DNA from: Sphaerodactylus townsendi
Taxonomy: Eukaryota
Assembly: GCF_021028975.2 (NCBI RefSeq)
Contig: NC_059438.1
Coordinates: forward strand, 25,358,001 to 25,422,000
DNA length: 64,000 nucleotides
Reading direction: 5' to 3'
Below, in pieces: positions 31,935 through 43,000 of this stretch. The stretch's first letter is position 1. Every line of letters starts with the position of its first letter. The notes under the pieces are model-generated. The model had not been told where the DNA came from and did no database searches. It worked only from the letters and a program-made list of their open reading frames with translations. Made by a program: the position numbers and the translations under genes.

Positions 31935-32240
31935 AAGGCAAGAGATACTCTGCCACTGCCTGCCTGCCTCTGCATAGCGGCCCTGGGCTCCCTTGGCAGT
32001 CTCTCCTCCAAGGACTAACCAAGGCCGAGGCAGCTTAGCTTCCAAGGGACTAGATCTAGACAGGACGCCATCTTGATATATTATAACTGCTGTTTTATTG
32101 TAATTTATGGATGTTTATGATGTTTTTATGTGATTTTATGATGTACACCGCCCAGAGCCCTTCGGGGATTGGGCGGTATATTAAGTCAAATAAATAATAA
32201 TAATAATAATAATAAAAAAAAGATCTGATGAGGCTGGGCC
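31935..32240 (-). mobile_element. Old 5S-rRNA-derived SINE interrupted by an L2 3' tail (+, about 32066-32220)
   Basis: TCCAAGGACTAACCAAGGCCGAGGCAGCTTAGCTTCC resembles antisense 5S rRNA and resumes as AGATCTGATGAG after the L2 tail. Related copy at about 43995-44185. Confidence 0.55.
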
Positions 32241-32466
32241 ACCCACTCCTCTAAATGGCTTTAAAAGGTCGTTACATTCCGGGGGCAGGGGGGTCTGGGC
32301 CTCCAGTGGCAATCAGCTGAATAAAGCCTGTGTGCTACGAAGACCGTTTGCTGGGCAGGGGGTGCTGGTGGTAAGCCACGGAGAAGAGCTGTTGCCTTCA
32401 TAGCCCCCCCTCCTCCAACAGTCACTTAGTCTCCTTGTTCAGTTGGGCCAAGCAGTGCAGCGTACT

Positions 32467-33398
32467 GAGTGGGATAAACTAGGTGAGTGGGCTCAGAAAT
32501 GGCAACTGCAGTTCAATGTAGCAAAATGTAAAGTGATGCACATAGGGGCAAAAAATCCAAACTTTACATACACACTACAAGGGTCAGTGCTATCAGTCAC
32601 AGACCAGGAAAGGGATTTGGGCGTCTTAGTTGATAGTTCCATGGGAATGTCAACTCAATGCATGGCAGCTGTGAAAAAGGCAAACTCTATGCTGGGGATC
32701 ATTAGGAAAGGAATTGATAATAAAACTGCAAAGATTGTCATGCCCTTATATAAAGCAGTGGTGCGACCGCACTTGGAGTACTGTGTTCAGTTCTGGTCGT
32801 CACATCTCAAAGAGGATATCAAAGAGATAGAAAAAGTGCAGAGAAGGGCAACGAGGATGATTGAGGGACTGGAGCACCTTCCTTATGAGGAGAGGCTGCA
32901 GCGTTTGGGACTCTTTCATTTGGAGAGGAGACGTCTGAGGGGGGATATGATTGAAGTCTATAAAATTATGCATGGGGTAGAAAATGTGGACAGAGAAATT
33001 TTTCTCTCTTTCTCACAATACTAGAACCAGGGGGCATCCATTGAAAATGCAGGGGGGAAGAATTAGGACCAATATAAGGAAACACTTCTTCACGCAACGT
33101 GTGATTGGTGTTTGGAATATGCTGCCACAGGAGGTGGTGATGGCCACTAACCTGGATAGCCTTAAAAGGGGCTTGGACAGATTTATGGAGGAGAAGTCGA
33201 TTTATGGCTACCAATCTTGATCCTCCTTGATCTGAGATTGCAAATGCCTTAACAGTCCAGGTGCTCGGGAGCAGCAGCAGCAGGCCATTGCTTTCACCTC
33301 CTGCATGTGAGCTCCCAAAGGCACCTGGTGGGCCACTGCGAGTAGCAGAGAGCTGGACTGGATGGACTCTGGTCTGATCCAGCTGGCTTGTTCTTATG
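32467..33398 (+). mobile_element. Young CR1 LINE, 5'-truncated, with 3' UTR
   Basis: ORF track 32443..33024 and 32984..33220 give the CR1 ORF2 C-terminus ([46 protein letters not shown]); (TTCTTATG) tail. Confidence 0.93.
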
Positions 33399-34029
33399 AG
33401 TAATCTTACATGATGCTTAAATTATCCCTTAAGAATGAAACTAATCTTGTATGAGATCTGTGGGGTCCTGGGAAACAGTGGTGAATTCCTGACAGCCTCC
33501 CAGAAGGAGCCCTCTTTCCCCCCGCCCCGCATCCCACCCCCCCGCCCTCAGGGGCCCTAGCGGGAGTCAGCGCTACAGTGGCCTCTTGGCCTGGCCAGCA
33601 GAACACTCCCCATTCCATAGCTCAGTAGGGCAGATGGAAAAACAGTCGCAACTGGCACTTGCCAAATAGAAAATTATGATGCAGTGAGGGGGAAACGGTG
33701 CTGACAGACACAGGGACGCCTGTTGCAGCAAGGGACAGCCCTGGAAAGGCAGCGCATGGATCTATTCACTGCTGTAGAGACGATGTGGCTGCCATTCTCA
33801 CCTGCCACAGGTGTTGGCTGTTGCTGGTAAAAGCTTCTGGCAGACCCAAATTATCACTGGCTTGTGGAACTGAACTCTTTATGAAATGTGTCCCACTTAA
33901 CAGAAGGACCGTGGTTTTGTGATCTGCTGATAGGAAAGACCACCTGGGAGCTGGAGTTTGCTCACCTAGGAGTGCTGAAAAGTTCTGAGTGGCTGAATTA
34001 CAGGGGCAGCCACAATTTTTGAGTGTTCT

Positions 34030-34910
34030 TTATTGGCTCCAGGGACTCAAATCAACATTATTTGCATGATTCAATCCAATTTTTTTCACAAGATAACTGG
34101 ACTCCCAAATTGCGTGCCCTATGTAGCCCTTTGTCTGGAGTTAGGTCAAAACTCCTTGGAATTAGCCGCTTGGCTGAGGACTTTTAGATTCTGGCTGCGA
34201 ATTCATTTTCTCTCGGACTGTAATTCCCTGGTCCACCGTCTGCTCTCTGACACCCATTCCAACCCCTGGTTTTCCATAATTGAAGAAAAAATTGCCTCTA
34301 TTGGACTGTCAGTGGATTCACTTTGCCCTTTGTCCCACTATTCTAGAAGCTTATAGGAAATTAAAAAAGGTCAACTATTGGATAGTAGAGAGAGTTCTCT
34401 ACCCTCTAATCACCGCAGCCAAGAAAAGCGATGCTCCTCCCCTGTATTTTCTCTCCCATTTGAACGGGGCCACTTGGCACACTACCTGTATTGCTTAATA
34501 AACCCTGTTCAAAGGGAGAGCCATAATGCTCGCTAGGTTTCATGTTGTGCCTTCTGCCTTAATACATGGCAGATTTAATAAGCTAGAAAAGGCTAAAAGA
34601 CTGTGCCCATACTAACTTGCATGAAGCTCAGTTGAATCTCTGGCCCACCAATTACTTCACTGTCTCAGATTCAAGGAAATCAGATCCAAGTATGTGAATC
34701 TCACTCCTTTACATTTACCTGATCTCCCCGATTTAATTAGATTACACTACTTGTTGGACAACCCTGATCCTTCTCTCTGTATGATAGTGACAGACTTTCT
34801 CCTGGAAATTACTAAATGCCAGTAGATTTCCTTCGTCCTAACATGTATATCCTGTATTGTATATGCTTTTTAATCTGTTTTATTATTGTTGTACTGCTGT
34901 CTATGCCAAT
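34030..34910 (+). mobile_element. Degraded non-LTR retrotransposon 3' fragment
   Basis: Broken RT C-terminal-like peptides (IQSNFFHKITGLPNCVPYVALCLELG; ESLAHQLLHC) and AATAAAGGCTTG end. Confidence 0.6.
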
Positions 34911-35213
34911 AAAGGCTTGCTATTGCTAATTATTTGCATGATCCTCTTGTGGGTTGGGAGGGAAGGGGCAGCAGCCACCAGTGGCAGAAGTCTTCCTTGG
35001 TTTGTTTTTGATTTTGCTGCTGCTGCCACAAATATTATTGATATGCTGCTAAAATGTATGACCTCTTGTGCTGGCATCTCTTTAGCATAGAGATTGTTGG
35101 AAGTGAAGGACTTTTATGCTGTTTCCTTCTTCAACCACAGAGGGGATTTTACCTGTAAACCAGATTCTAGATAGGGACCTAGGGATTGACACCTTTACTC
35201 CATCATGCTGGGA

Positions 35214-35680
35214 CTATGATTGAAGTCTATAAAATTATGCGTGGGGTAGAAAATGTTGACAGAGAGAAATTTTTCTCTCTTTCTCACAATACTAGAACCA
35301 GGGGGCATTCATTGAAAATGCTGGGGGGAAGAATTAGAACTAACAAAAGGAAACACTTCTTCACACAACGTGTGATTGGTGTTTGGAATATGCTGCCACA
35401 GGAGGTGGTGATGGCCACTAACCTGGATAGCTTTAAAAAGGGCTTGGACAGATTTATGGAGGAGAAGTCGATTTATGGCTACCAGTCTTGATCCTCTTTG
35501 ATCTGAGATTGCAAATGCCTTAGCAGACCAGGTGCTCGGGAGCAGCAGCAGCAGAAGGCCATTGCTTTCACCTCCTGCATGTGAGCTCCCAAAGGCACCT
35601 GGTGGGCCACTGTGAGTAGCAGAGTGCTGGACTAGATGGACTCTGGTCTGATCCAGCTGGCTTGTTCTTATGTTCTTATG
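35214..35680 (+). mobile_element. Young CR1 3' fragment
   Basis: Near-identical to 32946-33398. Confidence 0.92.
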
Positions 35681-35909
35681 ACTATTCCTTTGATGTTAGA
35701 CTGATACTCTCAGGGACTTTCTTCCGGCTCACTCTCCTTCTTGCTCTCTAAACTTCTACTGCACCATGTGTGTAGAGAGGATGGATGCTGAGTGCACCAA
35801 TCCCCATCCAGCTAGATTAGTGAACCTGTCTATCTTTCTATCCAGAATGGAGTTCACTAATAAATATTCATTTTATTAGATTAGAAACTACAAATAACTC
35901 CGACTTTTC

Positions 35910-36272
35910 GGAGCAGCAGTGGCGTAGTGGCTAAGAGCAGTGGCTAAGAGCAGGTGCATTCTGATCTGGAGGAACCGGGTTTGATTCCCAGCTCTGCCGC
36001 TTGAGTTGTGGAGGCTTATCTGGGGAATGCAGATTAGCCTGTGCACTCCCACACATGCCAGCTGGGTGACCTTGGGCTAGTCACAGCTTCTCGGAGCTCT
36101 CTCAGCCCCACCTACCTCCCAGGGTGTTTGTTGTGAGGGGGGAAGGGCAAGGAGATTGTCAGCCCCTTTGAGTCTCCTACAGGAGAGAAAGGGGGGATAT
36201 AAATCCAAACTCTTCTTCTTCTTCTTCTTCTTCTTCTTCTTCTTCTTCTTCTTCTTCTTCTTCTTCTTCTTT
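35910..36272 (+). mobile_element. Full-length tRNA-derived SINE (Squam3-like) with long (TTC)n tail
   Basis: A-box-like TGGCGTAGTGG and B-box-like GGTTTGATTCCC, 13-bp internal duplication AGTGGCTAAGAGC, (TTC)n at 36210-36272. Confidence 0.85.
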
Positions 36273-39200
36273 TCTTTGTGCCAAAGCTCACACGCATGAT
36301 GGGTGATGCTTTGCTGTGTTGCAGCCTCCAGTGCTTGTAATGCAAAGGTATAATCTCTCTGAGGAGTTTATCCCACAGGTTATTGGGCACCAGCTTTGAA
36401 GCCCCATCCAACAGAGATTACATTTTGTAGGGGGTGCTTTTGATCATCTAAATTGCATGGAAGCTGCCTTGGTGCACAGAGAGTGCTAGAAATTGGCCAT
36501 TTATTGAGGAGCAGCAATTAAAGGCAGAAAGAGAGAACAATTAAAATAAGCCCCCAAAGGCCTGGGCCAAAGAACGCAACATCTGAGAAGCAACAAAGAG
36601 GCAGCAGGTTGGGCTTCTGTGGGAAGGAATCCTGCATTGGTGGCGCCGCTGCTGAGAAGCCTGGCGCTGCGTCTCTCACAGCAGGGATCGCGGAACCAGA
36701 AGGCCTTGCGCAAGGCAGACTATGAACAAATTTCTCAAGATGGAGCTCACTTGAACGGAAGCACCTGCCTCCTGGGAAATCTGTGCAGGAATGTGGGGTG
36801 AGTCACTGTGGCGTGGGCTCCCTTGGGAAGGGACCTGAATAACTGCGTGGCAGAAAGGCAGATCCAGTTCTTTTCAGAGGCCCCATTTCAACAGGACTAC
36901 CCAAACAGTTGAGCATATGCATAACAAAACCAGGATCACTAGTAGCTTGGCTGGCCCCATGGGTATGAGCCTACTATACGCTGGAGACAAAGGGGGGCCT
37001 GGTTACTAAGCTGCTGGGAGGCCCTTGGCCAGCTCATTGGGTAAAGAGAGCTGGTCCTTCTGTCCAATAAAACTGCTACTAGATTTTGAAGGGCTGCATT
37101 CCCAAACACAGCTGTGTAGGGGCTGGAAATGGTGTGTGAGGTGCTGTCAAATCCCAGCAGGCTGGTGGCAACCTCAGCAAGGGCCTTTCGCAGCAAGTGA
37201 GAAGCAGAGGTGGTTTGCTGAGGCCATTGCTTTCACCGCCTGCAGGTGAGCTCCCAAAGGCACCTGGTGGGCCACTGTGAGTAGCAGAGAGCTGGACTAG
37301 ATGGACTCTGGTCTGATCCAGCAGGCTAGTTCTTATGCTGTTGCAGAATCTTCCCTGGTGGTTTCCCATTTGAGGACCAACCCTGTGATCTGATGAGACT
37401 GGGCTGTACTATCCTGTTCCACACCCCAGGCTGGACAGTAGGCTTAAAGCAACATCCACCTCTCATTTGTGGGATTTCTTACCCCTTCTCCTCTCCCAGT
37501 TCTCAAGGGAACTGTTGAAGAAGGTCCACCCCTTTGCCCCAAATCTTGTTGGCCACATCTGTTCAGGGCTTTGCTTTCTCTTCTGAACCAGCAAAGCAAA
37601 TGACCTTTCACTCAAAGTGGGAGAGGTCACGTGGCCACACCACTGGCAAGCCACGTCAGTCCCCATTGCACACAGTGAGAAGGAAACTGATTGTCACCAA
37701 CCATCCAACTCTCTTGGCACCTCTTCAAAAGCAAGCTCAGAAGTTGGGACTGGGTGGAGAGGGCTCCCGGCATTCTCTCAGGGTGTCATCATCACCTCTG
37801 CTTTCGCTGGGCCATCAGCAGCAGTGGGCAGGAAGAAACAAATCATAGCCAGAGTTTGGCTCTCTTCCCTCTGGGTGTGATTTATGAGCCTCAGTTGGGC
37901 AATTAGAAACAAAAGAAAACATTCCTGGGCCCAAGGTTTGTGCCTTATGAAGGTCTCATGACTGTTCTTCTGCATGGCTTCTACTAAAAAGGGGGTGAGA
38001 AACAGCTCCCCAAAGAGGGAAAATTAAAAGGGCTATGCTGGCCACTGGAGGCACCTTTCCCTTTCCTTTTCTAGCAAACCACCTCTGAATGCCTCTTGCC
38101 TTGAATACCCTACGGGTCTCCATAAAATCAGCTGTGACTTGACCGCACTTTCCACTGGCAACCGAACTTGTACTAGGTCAACAAAAATAGAAATGTTTGG
38201 AAACATTAGTTGAACTTTTATTTTCATCAAAAGATTGTCTATAGATGAGGAGTATGTGCACACACAGGGACCATTAAAAAGACCGTGGAATGACTGGCTT
38301 GTCACTTATTGGTGTTTGTGACATATCGTACCCCTCTGGATTATGAGAGCTTGACAGCAGTGGCCGCCTATCACCTGTGGGCCCCAAAAATCTTCTTGGA
38401 GTTAGAATTCCTCCTTCAAATGCATAGTCAGAAAATCAGGCAGGGAAATTTCATCTTCTTGCACCCCTAATCAGGGGCTTTGCCAAAAGATGACCGACGC
38501 TTGCATCACCTTTCAGCAAATAGCTGAATTGCTGCAACGAAGGGAACAGATCTATCTTGCCTGCATTTTTGGTTTTATTACTCCAGATAAGCTGGAGTCA
38601 TTGTGCAGATAGGGAGGTATAGTGACTTTGTGTCTCTGGGCTGTTATCTCTGCCCATTCTAACCTTCTGTAGCTGTCGGGCTGGCCTCCAGCTCATGTGG
38701 CTAAACTTGTTGGGCTGGAAAAAAAAAAGAAGAGAAAAATGTACATTTCCTGTAAAAATGATGGTTTTTCTCCTCCCCAGCCTGAAAATATTTCCCGTGA
38801 CTGAGGACAGGAAAGCAAAAATGTCTCTGGGGAACAATCAGGCAAAAAAGCATGTTTTATATCTGAGGGTTTGGGGCTCCTTTCCTGTCCCTCTTCCAGT
38901 CTGGGGGGATCACGTGGAGCCCTTGAAGAGTCACACTTCCTAAACATTCACTGCACATGGAAAGTTCTTGCCTGCTCTCACATGCCTGGTGTACTTGTGT
39001 CATATTTGATCAGAAACACACAAATTCATGCCGCAGCCATGACCCGGGAAGCTCCAAAGCACCCCTGGAAGTCAGCAGAAGAAGAGGGAGAGTTTAGATT
39101 TGTACCCCGCCACTTTTCTCTCCCGTAGGTGTCCCAAGGCGGATTACAAACTCCTTTCCGCTTCCTCTCCCCACAACAGAGCCCTTGTGAGGCAGCCCGG

Positions 39201-39289
39201 TGGGGCTGTGAGAGTCCCCAGAGAAGCGTGGCCCAGCAGTGCCCAGGGGCGCCCAGCAGGCCTCACGTGGAGGAGCGGGGAATGGGGGT

Positions 39290-39935
39290 CCATGACTTTG
39301 AGGGTCCATGACTTTGGACCCCTCTAAACCAAACTGCACCAAACTTGGGGGGTCCCATCAGGACAGTTTCCAGATGATACCCTGAAATTTTGGTGCCGAT
39401 ACGTCCAAAAATGCGCCCCCTGCAGGAACATCCCAGAAATTTGCCCAAGAATCTTTGTTCTGCATTGAGTTTTCTGCATTGCTGTCAATGGGGGTTGCAG
39501 GCTGGGGGAGGGGGGCACATTTCTGAAGGCACAGTCTCAAAACTTTCAGGGTCTCATCAGGAGACTGCCCTAATGATACCCCCCAGGTTTGGTGCAGGGG
39601 GGCCAAGGTTATGGACCCTCAAAACTGTAGCCCCCATTTATTAGCTCCCATTGGCAACAATGGGGGATGGGGCACCCCTTTTGGGAGTCCATAACTTTGG
39701 ACCCCTTGAACCAAACCTCACCAAACTTGGGGGGGTCCCATAAGGACAGTCTCCTGATGATATGCTGAAATTATCGTGCTGATATGTCTAAAAAGGCACC
39801 CCCTGCAGGCACCAATGTCCTGGTGCAAAAAGTTTTTGGTCGTGGTGGAGTGGCCGCCCATGGGCGGGGCGGGGCGGGGGGGGGGATCCAACTCAGGTTT
39901 TGCCCAGGGCTCCAGTTTGCCTCGTTGCGCCCCCG
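39290..39935. repeat. Internally repetitive DNA-transposon-like remnant upstream of CYB5B
   Basis: About 125-bp unit (GTCCATRACTTTGGACCCC...CCAAACTTGGGGGG...CCCCCTGCAGG) at about 39303 and 39686, with a diverged inverted copy between. Confidence 0.6.
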
Positions 39936-40098
39936 CTGCAGGGACAGGCAGCCATCCCACAGGAGAAGCGCCGCCCGGGGTAGCGGCCTTCCGGGGTAGA
40001 CCGGCTCCGCTCCTATTGGCCCGAAGGCGGCGTGGGGGCGTGGCCCCGGTACGGCGCACGCGGGGGGCCAAGAGTCCTCCTGCGGCGAAGCGGGCCAG

Positions 40099-43000
40099 AT
40101 GGGGACGGAGCGGCGCGAAGGGGCCCAGGCCGGGCCCGCCTCCCAGCGCCCCCCGGGCGGCCCGACCTTCACGCTGGCCGAGGTGGCGAAGCGCAACACC
40201 CCGAGCGAGGCGTGGCTGGTCCTCCACGGGCGCGTCTACGACGTCACCCCCTTCCTGCACGAGGTGGGAGCCCCGGCCGGGGAGGGGGGCTGGCTGCTCC
40301 TGCACATGGAGGCTCCGCGCCCGCGCGCGGGGACCGGCGGCGCCCGGGCTGCGGGAGTGGACAGAGGCAGAAGGCGGCGGGGGGGGGGACCGGGGCGCTC
40401 TCTAGGCAGTGCCCCGTCCCCCCCCTCCAGAAACTGGAGCCCCCCTGTCCGTGGAAGGGCCCTCCGGCTCACCTGGACTCGTGGTCGTCGCTCGTGAATG
40501 TGCCCCGCCCCCTGAGCGTGGCCTGCGGGGCGCGGGGGGGGGGGGCAAGAGGGGCCAGGCCTGGTTGGGTCCGGCTTTTTTCCTTTTAAGTCCATCTCTT
40601 GTTTTTCCAGGTCTCAGCGGCGCTTCCCACGCGCAGAGATAAAGCTAAAAGGTCGCCCTGCAATGAAGCCCCCGAGTTGACCCTCTGCGGCCGGGCCCTG
40701 GAGAGCGGGGTGGGGTGGGGTGGGGGGGCAAAGGGCCGTCCTGCTGTGCGTTGGCGGCAGGAGGTGCCAGGCTCAGGCCGCCGGCTGGCAGGCTAGCAAG
40801 GAGGCACAGCAGGGCCGGCACAGCCATACAAGTATGCCCGGTGCTCTCCCAGGGTGGAAGGGAGTCCACCTTCTCTGTCATGGAAGGTGCGGACATGTTT
40901 TCTCTGAAGGAACCAAAGGTCATTATAGACTTTTTTTTGGCAACTGTAGCGTGTGTGCGCACGCACGCCCTGCGCCAGATTTGTGGCTTGCCTGGGGCAC
41001 CCGGAATTTTTGTGCCCAGCGTGAGCTGCCTGCCAGTCAGAGCAGGCAGGAGCAGCAGCTGCCAGACAGGCTGTTCTTACAGGAGGGTGTTCCATCCTGT
41101 TGGGGCTTCTGAACGAGTCCTGCATGTGTGATAACGTGGACCTTGTTCCTCATTCCCCATCAGGGTGAGAAACGCATGCAGGGTAACAGAACAACTGTTG
41201 TTAAAAGCCTCCCATACCTGATGGCATCAAAGGAGACCGAATGAGACAAGAAGTCCTTGGCTTTCGGCCTCTGGGCACCACCCACTGTCTAAATCAGATC
41301 TTGATTGTCCTCAGTGAGAGAGTGTGGTGTGGAAACAGAGGACTGGTTGATATGAAGCTCGCTATTATGATTACTTGCTATTAGTAAGTTATTGCATCAC
41401 TAGTGCACCTTTTCTGTACCTGCCCAAGGCAGTTAGCACATCTCCTGTAGGTGCCTTATGAGGCAACACCAGTCATTAGGAAGAAGAAGAAGAAGAGGAG
41501 GAGGAGGAGGAGTTTGGATTTATATTCCCCCTTTCTCTCCTGTAGGAGACTCAAAGGGGCTTACAATCTCCTTGCCCTTCTCCCCTCACAACAAACACCC
41601 TGTGAGCTGAGAGAGCTCCGAGAAGCTGTGACTAGCCCAAGGTCACCCAGCTGGCGTGTGTGGGAGTGCACAGGCTAATCTGAATTCCCCAGATAAGCCT
41701 CCACAGCTCAGGCGGCAGAGCTGGGAATCAAACCCGGTTCCTCCAGATTAGATACACGAGCTCTTAACCTCCCACGCCACTGCTGCTCCTGACACTTTTA
41801 GCAGCATCCCCACATACTAAAAGACAATCTTCACCTATTGCTAATGGCAAAGATGAAAACAAGTTTTGTGATGGCCCCACAAATACACAGGACCTCTCCC
41901 ACTGGTCTGAGTAAAAAATGGTTCCCCATAGTTTACCATCCAGTTGCTTTCTTGGGCCTGTAATTATGTCTAAAGGTGGGTCTTCAGTGTATTGAAGCCC
42001 ATCTCAGTGGCTTGGACCAAGACTGTTTTCGCAAAGGGAAACTCACAATGAAAAGTGTCAAGAAATGGAGGTCGTCCTCAAATTGGTTTGGATGAAAAGG
42101 TGTCTTCCCCCGTGCCATGTCTGCCTCATTCTCCTGCCGTGGAAATTAGCTTCTCTGTCAGGCAGACTCACTGTAGGTTGAAGGCTGGGTCATAAAGCCC
42201 CTTTCTCTTTCCAGTCTTCTGGGCCACACGGTTGACCTCTGGGAGAATCTGTGCCTACCTAGGAAGGCATCTCTTCTTGATCTTCATACTAACTTAGGCC
42301 CTTTCTGCATGGGCATTTTATGGCGCCCTGGGGACGGCAAAAACGCTGTCCCCAGGGAGCCATTCTCACAGGGGGCACAGCTGCTGCGCAGCCGTGCCAC
42401 CCGACCGGCGCCAAGCCGGCGTTTCCAGAGTGCGCTTGGAAGCGCACTTTCCTGGAGATGCCGGCTGGGAGCCGCTGCCGTGCGAATGGCAGCGGCTTCC
42501 AGGCGCTTCCCCCCCTCCCTTCACTTACCTTGTCCCCGGCCCTCCAGCGTGTCGCCGGGGCCTGGGGACACGGCCCCCTGCCCTGCGACGCTGCAGCCGG
42601 CACGCAGGGGCGGGGGGGCGTGTCCCCTGGCCTCGGCGATGTGCCGGAGGGCTGCGGGACTGGTGAGTCACTGTGATGACGGCGCAGCTCTGCGCCGTTG
42701 TCCCAGCCGGTTCCTGGACCGTCCATGCGGACGGTCCCAGCATCGTCGGGTCGACGTGGCTTACGCCGACCCGACGGCCTTACACATAACACATCTGGGG
42801 TATATTTTTACCCCTAGCCAAACTCCAAAACTATGTTGCCTTCAACATGCTAAATGGGCTAGGGCAGAGGTGTCAAACTCCCGGGAGTTTGACACCTGTG
42901 GGCTAGGGTTAAAAAGTTACCCCATTGGCAAAATGCGTATTTTTCAGTGGTTGTTTTCTGCCTCGGGTGTTTTTCTGTTTACAAGAACTAAACTGGACGT

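Noticed and set aside
31990-32050. 5S rRNA gene
   Set aside because: Short, diverged and attached to a SINE body.
35910-35995. tRNA gene
   Set aside because: A/B-box-like head belongs to a multi-copy SINE; no complete cloverleaf.
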